Below, one piece after another: positions 52,679-62,494 of a stretch of DNA of 64,000 bases. The stretch comes from a virus. The position numbers and the translations under genes were made by a program. The DNA is taken from IMG/VR virus record IMGVR_UViG_3300025133_009393. One strand, given 5' to 3'. Numbering within the stretch: the stretch's first letter is position 1; the number at the start of each line of letters is the position of its first letter. The notes under the pieces are model-generated. The model ran no database searches. It saw only the letters and a program-made list of their open reading frames with translations, and was not told where the DNA came from.

Positions 52679-55663
52679 TTAATCTTCAAACGAAGCGCCG
52701 GATCTTGTGATTACGAAATCAAGTGCAATGAACTCGATGGCTCGGGCAGGCTTGAGGAAGATCTTTGCATACATGATGTTTCTATCAATCAAGTCTTCGG
52801 TCGTAGTTGTCTTGTCCAGCACAACCCTGAAATCGGTTAACCCTAGTCCAATCTTAATCTCTTGCAAGAACGGCACGGCTCGACCGGTAAAGTTAGCCCA
52901 AGTTGCAGGAACGTTCTGTTCAAATAAGGTAGTTGCTGCAATTCGTGATATCTCTTTCTTGATGAAGATCATCAATCTTCTCACATTGATTCTATCTAGC
53001 GCAGAACGAGTCACCTGAAGCGTCTTTTGGCCGAAGATTACAATACCTTCTGCCGGGAAAGTGGCAATTGGGTTAATGTTTGCCTCATAAAGATCGTCTC
53101 GCATTTCTGATGTCAGGCGTTCACGGACAGCGATGACTGGAACGCCGGCAGAGCCTTCTGTTAAGCCGCCGCGAGTAAATCCTGCGGGAGCGAACCATAA
53201 AGCTGATTTTGCCTGTGAGCTGGCCATCGTACCAATGCCGGCAATTGATGGCGGTACCCACAACATTGCGCCGTTGATCGTATCTCGAATTCGAATCCAG
53301 GGATAGTACGCACAAGCGTAACTTGAATTCATCGAGCGATCTTTTAGGTTATCAATGGTGGCGGTGCTGCCACCAAAGGTCTCGGTACCAGATTCCCAAG
53401 TAGGCTGATACCCACCCTTAAGGTCGACAACGGCTATAGCGTCGCCACGGTCCTCACAAGTATTTATCAGATGACTGGTGAGGCCTTCGTGCCAAATCCC
53501 AGGCATTGAAGCCATGTTCATCTCCACAACTTCAGGATCAGAGATACTATCGATTGCTTTCTTGACGCTGTGGAAGGGGCTACTAGTCTTCTGACTAGTG
53601 TCTTCCATACTCGTGTTATTGAAAGGATCTCTTTCGGTGATATTTACACCATCGAAGCCGCCGGCCAGAGGCATAGTAAAGCGATCATAGCCGGCATCAA
53701 GAATATCCTTGTAGGATCCAGACCAGGCAGTAACCGAATTTCCAGTACTGCGACTTCCGCTTGAATAATGTACCAAGCCGTCTTCGTCTGCGCGCAAATC
53801 ATCTAGCGTAAAGATAAATGAAGTTTCTTTTGAGGCGTCGGCCATATCGGTCGACAATCGTCGGGCAACGTCTCGGTTACTTCGATCAAAATTAACGCCG
53901 TCGGCCGTCTCTCTAGAATCATATCCCCAATAAGCATCTTTCTCGCTGCCCAAGTTGCTATCAACAGACCCACTTCGTAAAGTGAATCTTGGGAATTCAA
54001 GTTTAATATCTACGCCTTCTGCGGGGCCGTCGTAGTTGACACCGCCGGTCCCAGCGTCATTGTTCAAGCTCATAACAGCGAAAGCTGTTGGCGAGGAAGA
54101 TGCCATCTGCGCGGTATTAGCGTTGTTGGCTGCAATTTGAAGCGCTTTGACAACTGTTGCAGCACCCATAACATAGGCGTCGGAGTAAGCAGTCGCTTGA
54201 TTGTGCTTGTCCATGGCTGTAACTTTAGTAGATACAAGCTTAAAGTCTTTTGGTTTTTCTGGGCCGTAGTAGCCGAATGGAAGAAGCAGGGGATCTGCCG
54301 TACCAGCATCGACATCGGAAGCTAATTGAACACGAATGTATTTCGACTGATTCCTATAGTTGCCGTACTCAATATATCTCTTAGTGCCCTCATCCCAGTC
54401 AGTATAGGCGTCGCCTATTTTTTTGCCGACATAATTTACAGAATTCGGATTCAAGTTGCAGCTGGTAAATCTTTCCAATACTTTGACGGCCCCGTCGTTG
54501 TCGTCAAGTCTTCTCACGATGACAGTGAAGGAGCCATATGGATCTGCTGCGCTTCTAGCTAGTTTGACATCTTGAACCGAAATCTTAAGATTGTTCTGTG
54601 CCCACTCTCCACTGTCTAACGTCACTAATCTAAACAACTTTGAAGTATGGCTTGGGTGCGTAGTGGGGTCGAAGCCGCCTTCGGGGACATTGACGCCGGC
54701 AGCATCAGAGTGTGACCGTAAATCCTGTGAAATAACCCAACCGGTTGTGGCTCGCTGTGCGCCTTCTCTGTGGTGTTGCCAGCCTGAAGTACCGTTGCCT
54801 AGGCCAAAAACCACACCAACAGATTCGCCGGCAGCAGTGCCGGTCGATAAGTCATTCACAGCTTTATCGTAAGTCTCGCCTAGCCAATAAGTTTCTCTAT
54901 TTTCTCTATTCCTAGCCTGATTGCTGGTCAAAATTGGATTAGTGTTTAAAACTTTACGAATGTATTTGTTGCTATTCTTGTTGAAGTTAAAATCAGTCTT
55001 CTTAATAATAGCACCGTCAGCGTCTCTAATCACTCCGGTAAAAGTATTTTTAGCTGCCTTATTGTAAATAAGGGTACAATTGGCTTCGGCCTTGGCCTCG
55101 GCGGCTCCCGGAATGGTACCGCTAAGAGCAAAAGATCCTTCTGTCAAATAAATGACAGCAGCTAATGAGCCGGTGACATCGCCGGCACCACCATTTGTAG
55201 CACCCGAGCCAGAAGGAGCAATGAACAAGCCGTATGCACCACCTTTGGTGGCCGGGGCCGTACCAATTTCTGCGCTGGTACCAACGGCGCCTTGGAGCCA
55301 AGTTTCCCAGCCACCATAGCCAGAATAAGCCTGTTTTTGAGGGTGTTCTTCACCTAGGAGACGTACGTATGTTAAAGGAGCAGCATTTCGTAACCAAGCT
55401 TGAGCGGCATACATGCCATACATCGGGGTAGTATTGTTTCCTTCCCTCCAAACGTCGCCACCCTGTCCTCCGGGGACAGGTGTGCCGAAGACATCTACGA
55501 ATTCGGAAAATGACTCAACCCTAACAGGTCGCATGCTCGGACCTTTGGGGGCGCGGCCAATAATTACGGGACCTATGGGGTCGCCAATATCAGGTAATTG
55601 GGAATTATCGATCTCATCGATAAAAATGCCGGGGGATACAAACTTAAATTTTTTAACAGACAT
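52679..55663 (-). CDS. tail sheath protein (gp18-like)
   Basis: FVSPGIFIDEID, WFAPAG..RG, INPI and ALDRINVRRL motifs. Confidence 0.95.
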   Translation of the reverse strand: MSVKKFKFVSPGIFIDEIDNSQLPDIGDPIGPVIIGRAPKGPSMRPVRVESFSEFVDVFGTPVPGGQGGDVWREGNNTTPMYGMYAAQAWLRNAAPLTYVRLLGEEHPQKQAYSGYGGWETWLQGAVGTSAEIGTAPATKGGAYGLFIAPSGSGATNGGAGDVTGSLAAVIYLTEGSFALSGTIPGAAEAKAEANCTLIYNKAAKNTFTGVIRDADGAIIKKTDFNFNKNSNKYIRKVLNTNPILTSNQARNRENRETYWLGETYDKAVNDLSTGTAAGESVGVVFGLGNGTSGWQHHREGAQRATTGWVISQDLRSHSDAAGVNVPEGGFDPTTHPSHTSKLFRLVTLDSGEWAQNNLKISVQDVKLARSAADPYGSFTVIVRRLDDNDGAVKVLERFTSCNLNPNSVNYVGKKIGDAYTDWDEGTKRYIEYGNYRNQSKYIRVQLASDVDAGTADPLLLPFGYYGPEKPKDFKLVSTKVTAMDKHNQATAYSDAYVMGAATVVKALQIAANNANTAQMASSSPTAFAVMSLNNDAGTGGVNYDGPAEGVDIKLEFPRFTLRSGSVDSNLGSEKDAYWGYDSRETADGVNFDRSNRDVARRLSTDMADASKETSFIFTLDDLRADEDGLVHYSSGSRSTGNSVTAWSGSYKDILDAGYDRFTMPLAGGFDGVNITERDPFNNTSMEDTSQKTSSPFHSVKKAIDSISDPEVVEMNMASMPGIWHEGLTSHLINTCEDRGDAIAVVDLKGGYQPTWESGTETFGGSTATIDNLKDRSMNSSYACAYYPWIRIRDTINGAMLWVPPSIAGIGTMASSQAKSALWFAPAGFTRGGLTEGSAGVPVIAVRERLTSEMRDDLYEANINPIATFPAEGIVIFGQKTLQVTRSALDRINVRRLMIFIKKEISRIAATTLFEQNVPATWANFTGRAVPFLQEIKIGLGLTDFRVVLDKTTTTEDLIDRNIMYAKIFLKPARAIEFIALDFVITRSGASFED

Positions 55664-55757
55664 TAATCAGCTCTCCTTTTGGAAAAATAAAACAGTATAG
55701 AAATCCAATATTATTTCTTAAATAAATAGTGTTATGTTTAACCAAAAACCAAAATTA

Positions 55758-56639
55758 TTAATCTCTGTAAAAAGCATCTTTCTCTAGATTTTCGTTGATG
55801 TCTCCCAAAATAACCCTTTCCCTGGGTATCTTTACTTCAACTGCATTTTCTCTAACAACGACGCGTGGCTTTGTTTGGTTTTTATCTTCACCCACTAAAT
55901 AACCCATGACTTTGATGTTTATTTTGGTCTGAAACTTTCTTTCTTCTTCGGCTAAGTTATTAATATTATTATCTAATGCGAAATCACCCTCAATAAAAGT
56001 CTCATAATGATGGCCGTCCTCATATATAAAAACAGAGTTAATTCCACGAGGTTGAGGGAGTGTTGCAAAGGGGCCAATCAGGTCATTCATGTGCTGTTGG
56101 TATTCTGTTCTTAGCGTCACCGCATAGCTAACTTCAACAAAAACCGGAGCAGGGGCCGATATTGTTTGATAAACAACTTTATTATTTTTTCTTGGAAAAT
56201 TAAGCTGCCCCCTCTTATACTTGGCACCAGCTCTTGCAAAATTTCTAGTTTTTTCTTGATTGATTCTCCTAGACACAACAATGGAGCCGCCTTGCTCATC
56301 GTTAACTTCCATGGTATTTCCAAAAAACCTCTTCGTAAGGTCTTTATTGAAGCTAGTTCTCTCCAGTGTTATGACTGGCAGATTAAAAGAACCATCTCTA
56401 TCATTTCTTAGACTCTTTTCTTGCTTGACATTAAAAGATCTTTCTGTGCCAGTCCACAAAACTGGCACTTTCTTCCAGCCTTTGTTTTTTTGAACTCGCA
56501 AATCTAAAGTTTCATCAATCCAATTATATAAAGCTTTGTCGATAGTTTCAATAGTGGAAGGTGTGATGATTTTTTCATGAATTATTGTTGGATCATCTAC
56601 TTCGGCATAATCATGATTTTCATCTTTGCTACGTGGCAT
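55758..56639 (-). CDS. tail completion/terminator-like protein
   Basis: Lies between neck and sheath genes; LPVITLER...P..V...Y pattern. Confidence 0.6.
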   Translation of the reverse strand: MPRSKDENHDYAEVDDPTIIHEKIITPSTIETIDKALYNWIDETLDLRVQKNKGWKKVPVLWTGTERSFNVKQEKSLRNDRDGSFNLPVITLERTSFNKDLTKRFFGNTMEVNDEQGGSIVVSRRINQEKTRNFARAGAKYKRGQLNFPRKNNKVVYQTISAPAPVFVEVSYAVTLRTEYQQHMNDLIGPFATLPQPRGINSVFIYEDGHHYETFIEGDFALDNNINNLAEEERKFQTKINIKVMGYLVGEDKNQTKPRVVVRENAVEVKIPRERVILGDINENLEKDAFYRD

Positions 56640-57120
56640 CGAACAAACCCTCCCTAGCTCTAATGGCCCGGGCAGATATCTCAATTCTATGATCAACCTG
56701 GCCAAACAACTGCTTTGGCTCTTTTAAAGTAACCAATTCATAGTAATAATCTCCATACAAAACAAAATCTCCCTCTCTAACGAACAGGTCTTGATCTTCT
56801 GTTAATCGTCTTTTGTGAAAATGTACTGTTATAGAGGCTTTTTTGTCTACTCCATAGTGATCTGTGAAAGTTTCTGGGCCTTCCCATTCAACTAAGGCAT
56901 AAACCCTTACAGGGGGCAAAAAAGTCTTATTGATCGCTTCGCCATATAAAGGATGAAAATCAGTAATCTCCAAATCGATTGGATAATATAAAACTTGCTG
57001 GCCTATCACCCTCTCTATAAGCTCATCATTGACTTGTTTTACCAAATCCCTCTCTTTTTTCCCCAAAAACATTGGAGGAGGAGGAGCTGATGGCTGCGAC
57101 CATTTATCTTTTTCTGCCAT
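56629..57120 (-). CDS. neck/head-closure protein (gp14-like)
   Basis: HPLYGEA..K.F and EGDFV.Y motifs; position. Confidence 0.65.
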   Translation of the reverse strand: MAEKDKWSQPSAPPPPMFLGKKERDLVKQVNDELIERVIGQQVLYYPIDLEITDFHPLYGEAINKTFLPPVRVYALVEWEGPETFTDHYGVDKKASITVHFHKRRLTEDQDLFVREGDFVLYGDYYYELVTLKEPKQLFGQVDHRIEISARAIRAREGLFDAT

Positions 57121-57130
57121 CTTTTACCCC

Positions 57131-58405
57131 CTATCCGACAAAGACGCCCAATGGTGCATTCATAAGTATTTCATTGGCTGCTTTGGCAGTTTCTGATTGT
57201 TTTACTGTAAGCTTATTATAAGTCAACTCATCTAATATAGTTTTAAGCTCCTCTCTTAATTTTTCTTGTTCTTCTTTTGCTTGCGAAAGCAATTCGGAAT
57301 GATTTAAAGTAACAGATTCTCCTGGGATTGGAATAGTCGAAAACTTTCCGCGAATCTGTCCCAACATTTCTTTAGTCAAGGCCAAGCCAAAACGTCGAAT
57401 CCATTGTTTACCAATGCTATTGATGCTTTTATATGGAATATTAGCAAAAGGCAGTGTGTTTAAATTATTAATGCCAGAAACACCAACTCTTCTATCCTCA
57501 TCTTCTTCCCAAGCATTTTTATGAATAGTAAACTGAACCCACATCTTTCCAACCTGTGAACTTCTTGGTTGCGGATAAATTCGAATTTTATTATTTTTCA
57601 ATTCATAACTATAGTGTGAGTTTCTTGTCCAAATGGCATCTTCATAGGCCATGGCCTGTAATTTATTCTGATAAGGAGGAATAACTTCGAAAGTAGAGTC
57701 ATCCGCGAACATGCCATAAGTTGATAAATTACCAACTGAATTCATTCCGCCATAATAACCAAAGAACCTCCACATTGCATGTGGCGTTTTAAAGAAAACT
57801 TTTTTAATATTTATTTTCTTATCATTGATAAGCAAACTGCCCGAAAAGCTGCTGCTGATGACAGATTGTAAATCATAATCCTGCACCTTATCTTCAATAT
57901 CAAAAGAAGCAGAATACTCATTTTCGTATCCATCGAGGCCAATCTCTGTGCCGATCCCGTCTGCGACGCGGCCTGCATAAGCTAGCCTAAATTTAGGATA
58001 TTTTAATTCTATGTTTGTGCCGGGAGAAACATCATCTGATGATCCAGACAAAAGACCGTCATGGTCAAAAGAGCCAGTTGTGTCACCCAGCATATTTGGT
58101 AAAGAATTTTTAGCTTGATGAATATTAATAATATAAGAATATTCCAAAACTGCTTCTTCATATGCTGAATATACATTTTGCTCTGTTAACTCGATATCTA
58201 AAACATCGCCGCCTAGCTTTTTAAAGGTATAGGATACTTGATCGATGGCGCCAGAAACAAAGTTTGCATCGTATAATGAGGAGTTTGTGTCAGCATATAT
58301 GCCGAACGCATAGCTTGTAATAGTCTCCGCAGTAGATCGGGTACCCGTGACAGGTAAAACAATCGTACTAGTCTGACTAGTCGGTGTTAAGGTGGGTGTT
58401 GCCAT
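57131..58405 (-). CDS. neck protein (gp13-like)
   Basis: KLGG..LDIEL and WIRRF.LAL.KEMLGQIRGKF motifs. Confidence 0.78.
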   Translation of the reverse strand: MATPTLTPTSQTSTIVLPVTGTRSTAETITSYAFGIYADTNSSLYDANFVSGAIDQVSYTFKKLGGDVLDIELTEQNVYSAYEEAVLEYSYIINIHQAKNSLPNMLGDTTGSFDHDGLLSGSSDDVSPGTNIELKYPKFRLAYAGRVADGIGTEIGLDGYENEYSASFDIEDKVQDYDLQSVISSSFSGSLLINDKKINIKKVFFKTPHAMWRFFGYYGGMNSVGNLSTYGMFADDSTFEVIPPYQNKLQAMAYEDAIWTRNSHYSYELKNNKIRIYPQPRSSQVGKMWVQFTIHKNAWEEDEDRRVGVSGINNLNTLPFANIPYKSINSIGKQWIRRFGLALTKEMLGQIRGKFSTIPIPGESVTLNHSELLSQAKEEQEKLREELKTILDELTYNKLTVKQSETAKAANEILMNAPLGVFVG

Positions 58406-58445
58406 TCATGAAGCCTCCGATGTAGTAATTAGTTTATAAAATTAG

Positions 58446-58480
58446 AAAACCCCGCCTCAGAATTCCAAGACGGGGTTTTT
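58446..58480 (-). terminator. intrinsic terminator after the capsid gene
   Basis: AAAACCCCGTC/GGCGGGGTTTT stem. Confidence 0.8.
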
Positions 58481-58500
58481 GCTCTAATTAGCAGATCTTA

Positions 58501-60294
58501 TTAGACAAGATCTTTGACGACAACCAAGCCATACATATCAGGTCGGACCATCTGTTTGGCATAGCGAGTCATCACGCCCTTACGGGGCACGAAGTCCTCG
58601 GTACCGAAGATCGTCGGAGTGACCTGGAGAGGTACGTACGGAGCGTAAACATAGCCGCTTTCAAGGAAGCTTCCACCTTTACGGCCGACAAGAATAAGGT
58701 TGCGTAGGAAGTACGGATCAACATACACGTCCCATTTCTTGCTAATGCTGCCAGTCTTTAGCGCACCAACAGTGCCTCTGTCAGTATCAACACCAACGTT
58801 GGCGCGGAATCCAGAGGTAAACTCAAGGAGGTTGGCAACTTCAGGTGAGGTCACGATGAAGTTAGCTCCGCCACGAAGAGTCTTTCTGTGGATAGCCGCC
58901 GACACATCGTTAATGGTCTCGACAAGAGTCTCATACCACTCACTGACAGTACCGGTGAAGTCCGGGCCGGCGATGTTGGCGGCGACTGCATGGTCAGCAC
59001 CTGTTTCGCGGTTGACGAAACGGCCGGGCATGCGGGACCAGTAAAGAGTACCACCGGTCGCACCAACGACAAGATCCTCAAGAATCTCACGATCAATCTC
59101 TAGAGCAATGTGCTCGGAAAGAATTGAAGTAAGCTCGACCTCGGCATCCAAGTTGTGGTAGGCGTTAAGATCCTGACCAAGCTCTGGAGTCCACTTAGCT
59201 TTGAGCTTTCTGGTGATCGCCGTGACAGCCACGGAATCGACACGAATGTCAATCTCGGGAATATCAGTGCTAACCTCGTTAGTAAACGGGCCGGCCGGCG
59301 TGGTCGCATGCGATTCAAGCAACCACTCTGAAGCACCCTTGACTGCACCAAGTGCATTCGCGGGGTCGAAGTTATCAGCCGTTGCATATTCCCAAACTAG
59401 TGCCGCGCCGTTTCCGCCCAAAGTACCAGAAAGAGTCGTCATGGTGACACCAGTGTTGGGGGTAATAACAAAACGAATAACGGTTTTGCCCATGCCCGGT
59501 GCAAAAGAGGTCAAGCGACGCTGGAGCGTTCCGCCCGTAGCCGCGACGTTAATAGCCGACAAATTATCTAGATTAAGCTCTTCTCCGCCGTCCTGGAATA
59601 GACTAGCCGAAAGGTCATAGATCATAGCTGCTGAACCGGAAAGATCCGGATCAAAGCGAACCAGTTTGCCAAAGTCATGAGCGCTGATGACGGTACCACC
59701 GACGCCAGAAATAATGCCGGCGGCGAGAACACCCTTGAGATCAGAAGCACCATCTGTAGCACCATTAACAGTGCCAGTTGCGTGGAGATAGATACCATCT
59801 CCAATCGTCACGTTCGCCAACGGAGCAGAATATCCATTGCGCAAGTTGTAGAATCCGCCGCCGTCATTCGTGGAAAGATCAACACCACCAGTTACCTGGC
59901 TAGCGACCACGTTACCGCCATAGAGCGATGTCTGGGCGCTGTCACCTAGGCGCTCGTCAGTTTGGGTAAAGTCGAGGAAGAAGATGAGGCCTGACGGCAA
60001 ACTCATCGGTTGCACGGAAACAAGGTCGTTGGCGACCAAGGATCCGAAAACTCGGCGGACGATCGGGAACGCTACAGAAGCGAAACCCTCAACACCACCA
60101 CCAGCCATTGTGCTGGCCTCTTTTAATAGTTGTGAAGCCTGATTCTCAAGGAGTCGGGCCATTGCATTCTTGGTATGATCAGCTCCGAGGCCTTCCAAGA
60201 GTCCAGTGCGTTCCCATTTATCCATTAGGGCAGCACCTTCTCTTTTTAGGTCGCGGCTAACAATACCTTCAGTTAATTTATCTAAGACAGACAT
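58501..60294 (-). CDS. major capsid protein (T4 gp23 superfamily)
   Basis: VSVQPMSLPSGLIFF, RKLKAKWT.E..QDL, EIDREIL, YAPYVPL and MTRY; start at the ATG after AGGAGG. Confidence 0.96.
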   Translation of the reverse strand: MSVLDKLTEGIVSRDLKREGAALMDKWERTGLLEGLGADHTKNAMARLLENQASQLLKEASTMAGGGVEGFASVAFPIVRRVFGSLVANDLVSVQPMSLPSGLIFFLDFTQTDERLGDSAQTSLYGGNVVASQVTGGVDLSTNDGGGFYNLRNGYSAPLANVTIGDGIYLHATGTVNGATDGASDLKGVLAAGIISGVGGTVISAHDFGKLVRFDPDLSGSAAMIYDLSASLFQDGGEELNLDNLSAINVAATGGTLQRRLTSFAPGMGKTVIRFVITPNTGVTMTTLSGTLGGNGAALVWEYATADNFDPANALGAVKGASEWLLESHATTPAGPFTNEVSTDIPEIDIRVDSVAVTAITRKLKAKWTPELGQDLNAYHNLDAEVELTSILSEHIALEIDREILEDLVVGATGGTLYWSRMPGRFVNRETGADHAVAANIAGPDFTGTVSEWYETLVETINDVSAAIHRKTLRGGANFIVTSPEVANLLEFTSGFRANVGVDTDRGTVGALKTGSISKKWDVYVDPYFLRNLILVGRKGGSFLESGYVYAPYVPLQVTPTIFGTEDFVPRKGVMTRYAKQMVRPDMYGLVVVKDLV

Positions 60295-60317
60295 GTTTAA
60301 ACCTCCTATATATGTTT

Positions 60318-61367
60318 TTATGTTAAGCCTGCTAAGATTTTCCATCTCGAAAGAGATGAATCATCTTTCTTTGTTGCTTTTTGGTTTCTACCATGCAACA
60401 ATAATCCAGCTGAAGAACTTTTCACGACTTCACTCAGTGATTGTGGCTGTTTTTTAGTTTTTGTGCTGCCCACTGCGTTTTGAAGAGTTTCGTAAATAAC
60501 TTTTGCTTCTTCAACTGTTTCGGTTATTGATATAGCTTCGACAATTTTATTTTTTTGCCGCTCATTCAACGAGTCGCTAATCAAAACCTTATTCGTATAT
60601 AATAATTTCGCACTAGACAAAGAAGATTCAGTTAATTTATCTCTTAAGAGGTAAATCACTTCCTTCATTTCTTCTTTTTCTTTTGCATGAGTTTTATTTT
60701 CAAGTTTTAGACCTTCTAGTGCTTTCTTCATGGCCTCAAGTTCTTCTTTTACTTTGGTATCTTGGGCCCGGGCTAAAACTTGTTCTTGCGCATGATCTAA
60801 GTGCGCGGTGGGGACACCATTATTGCCCCAACCAGAAGAAGTGGGCTCTATATCGACAACCAACTCCTCCAGAATTGACGAAAGAATATCCTCGTCTAAT
60901 TCAATTTCTTCCTCTAAACTTTCAACCTCTTCCTGCAAAGCACGGGGCTCGTCTTCTGGGACTTCATCGCCTAGAATATCGGCCGCGAGATCTTCTTGGC
61001 TTTCTCCCGGGGGAGCGAGACCTTCTTCGTCCTGCATTTTCTTTGTCAGCTCGTCAAAGTCAATTTCGATTTCCTCTTCTTCCTCCGGACAGGGACAAAG
61101 CTTTTCGCCATCGACAGTAACAACAGGCATATCTTTAAGAGCAGAATCTTCTTCTGGGGGATCCATCTCCAAGCCTGGTTCTTCCAAGCCCATCCCTTCT
61201 TCTTCGGCGCCTAGAGCCATTGGATCTTCCGGCTGCTCTAATAGGGCTTCAACTGCTTCTTTGATTTGATTTGAATACTTTTCTACTATCATGTCTTCGG
61301 CATTTTTGAGAGCTGCTTCGCGAAGAGCCTCTGCGTCGACTATAGCTTGTTCTAACATTGATGACAT
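60318..61367 (-). CDS. prohead scaffolding/core protein
   Basis: Acidic coiled coil immediately upstream of the capsid gene; many L.E sites; terminal RWKILAG. Confidence 0.8.
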   Translation of the reverse strand: MSSMLEQAIVDAEALREAALKNAEDMIVEKYSNQIKEAVEALLEQPEDPMALGAEEEGMGLEEPGLEMDPPEEDSALKDMPVVTVDGEKLCPCPEEEEEIEIDFDELTKKMQDEEGLAPPGESQEDLAADILGDEVPEDEPRALQEEVESLEEEIELDEDILSSILEELVVDIEPTSSGWGNNGVPTAHLDHAQEQVLARAQDTKVKEELEAMKKALEGLKLENKTHAKEKEEMKEVIYLLRDKLTESSLSSAKLLYTNKVLISDSLNERQKNKIVEAISITETVEEAKVIYETLQNAVGSTKTKKQPQSLSEVVKSSSAGLLLHGRNQKATKKDDSSLSRWKILAGLT

Positions 61368-61523
61368 TTATAATCTCCCGGGTTGAAAACGTAAATTATC
61401 AGAATAAATAGTATTGTAATAGAACAAAAGAAAATATTTATATACCCGTGACCTAGCAGGATAACGGATTGGCTAAAAAACGCTTCATAGGTTTATATAA
61501 TATAGCGTGAAAAAGCACATTAT

Positions 61524-62477
61524 TTAATCTTTTATCTCTTCTAAAACCATTTTATATATTTTTCCTGTTTTATTATTTCTTATACTTAAATACTCTTCTT
61601 CCTCAATAACTGTCCAATCACCTCTATCATTTTTAAGATGTAAGTCGCCAGTATATAAATTTGCCCAACGTCTGGACGGCGATCCTAAATCATGCGAGTT
61701 ATCACTGCCCGGTACTACATTGCCGGCTACTTCAAGTTTCTCTGTTGGGCTCGTAGTTCCGATGCCGACATAGCCAGACTGATCAACGACCAAGTGGTTT
61801 TCATTTGCATTGGCGCTGATTGCAAGGTGATTTAATAAGTTATTAGTAACATCACATCTAATGTTTGCCATCGTCGACCCGTCGCCACTCTGAAATATAA
61901 TTTGGCCGTCGCCGTCGTCGGCGCTGCGAAGAAGAAGTTTGGGGTGTTCATCATTAAGCTCCAGCAGGGCACCTGGAGAAGTTGTACCAATCCCAACCCG
62001 GCCGGAAGGGTCAATAACAAAATGATCCTCGGCTGTGCCGGCACTAAATGCAAAATGATTTAATGTGTTAGACGTGGTGTCGCAACGCATATTGAAAAGT
62101 TGCGTGCTGGCCGCATTTTTAAATAAAATTTGGGAGTCGCCATGAGAATGGTTTGTTTTGAAAAGAAGCTTAGGGTGTTCGTCATTAATCTCCAATGATG
62201 CACCAGGAGAAACTGTTCCAATTCCAATCTTGCCAGTAAAACTATGTATATCGTCATCAGAATCACCAAAACTAGTGCTGCCGGTGGCGCTAATATTTGT
62301 AACTTGCTGGTTAACAACATTGACTTTTAATTCATTGGCTACCAGAGTGCCAGAGACTTCTACGTCGCCCTTGAAAAAACTAGAACCAGTGATTTGATGT
62401 CTGGCAGTTGAAGAATCTCCAAAACGCGTGCTACCGGAAATAAGGAGCGCATTTTTTATAACTATCTTATCTGGCAT
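61524..62477 (-). CDS. fibre/virion appendage protein with ~77-aa repeats
   Basis: Three GIGT.SP...L repeats; C-terminal LGS...RWANLYTGDLHL.N. Confidence 0.75.
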   Translation of the reverse strand: MPDKIVIKNALLISGSTRFGDSSTARHQITGSSFFKGDVEVSGTLVANELKVNVVNQQVTNISATGSTSFGDSDDDIHSFTGKIGIGTVSPGASLEINDEHPKLLFKTNHSHGDSQILFKNAASTQLFNMRCDTTSNTLNHFAFSAGTAEDHFVIDPSGRVGIGTTSPGALLELNDEHPKLLLRSADDGDGQIIFQSGDGSTMANIRCDVTNNLLNHLAISANANENHLVVDQSGYVGIGTTSPTEKLEVAGNVVPGSDNSHDLGSPSRRWANLYTGDLHLKNDRGDWTVIEEEEYLSIRNNKTGKIYKMVLEEIKD

Positions 62478-62494
62478 GCGTCAAGCTCCTATTG

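Larger units (their letters stand above)
10056..61411 (-). promoter_or_regulatory. late-promoter motif CTAWTTA (dispersed sites)
   Basis: + strand TAAWTAG at 10056, 14783, 17300, 20675, 28410, 35707, 37618, 40244, 42994, 50865, 55723, 58426 and 61405; variant TAACTAG at 52650; each is just upstream of a start codon. Confidence 0.75.

Noticed and set aside
61440-61480. Possible structured RNA upstream of the scaffold gene
   Set aside because: Only a short imperfect hairpin; too little support
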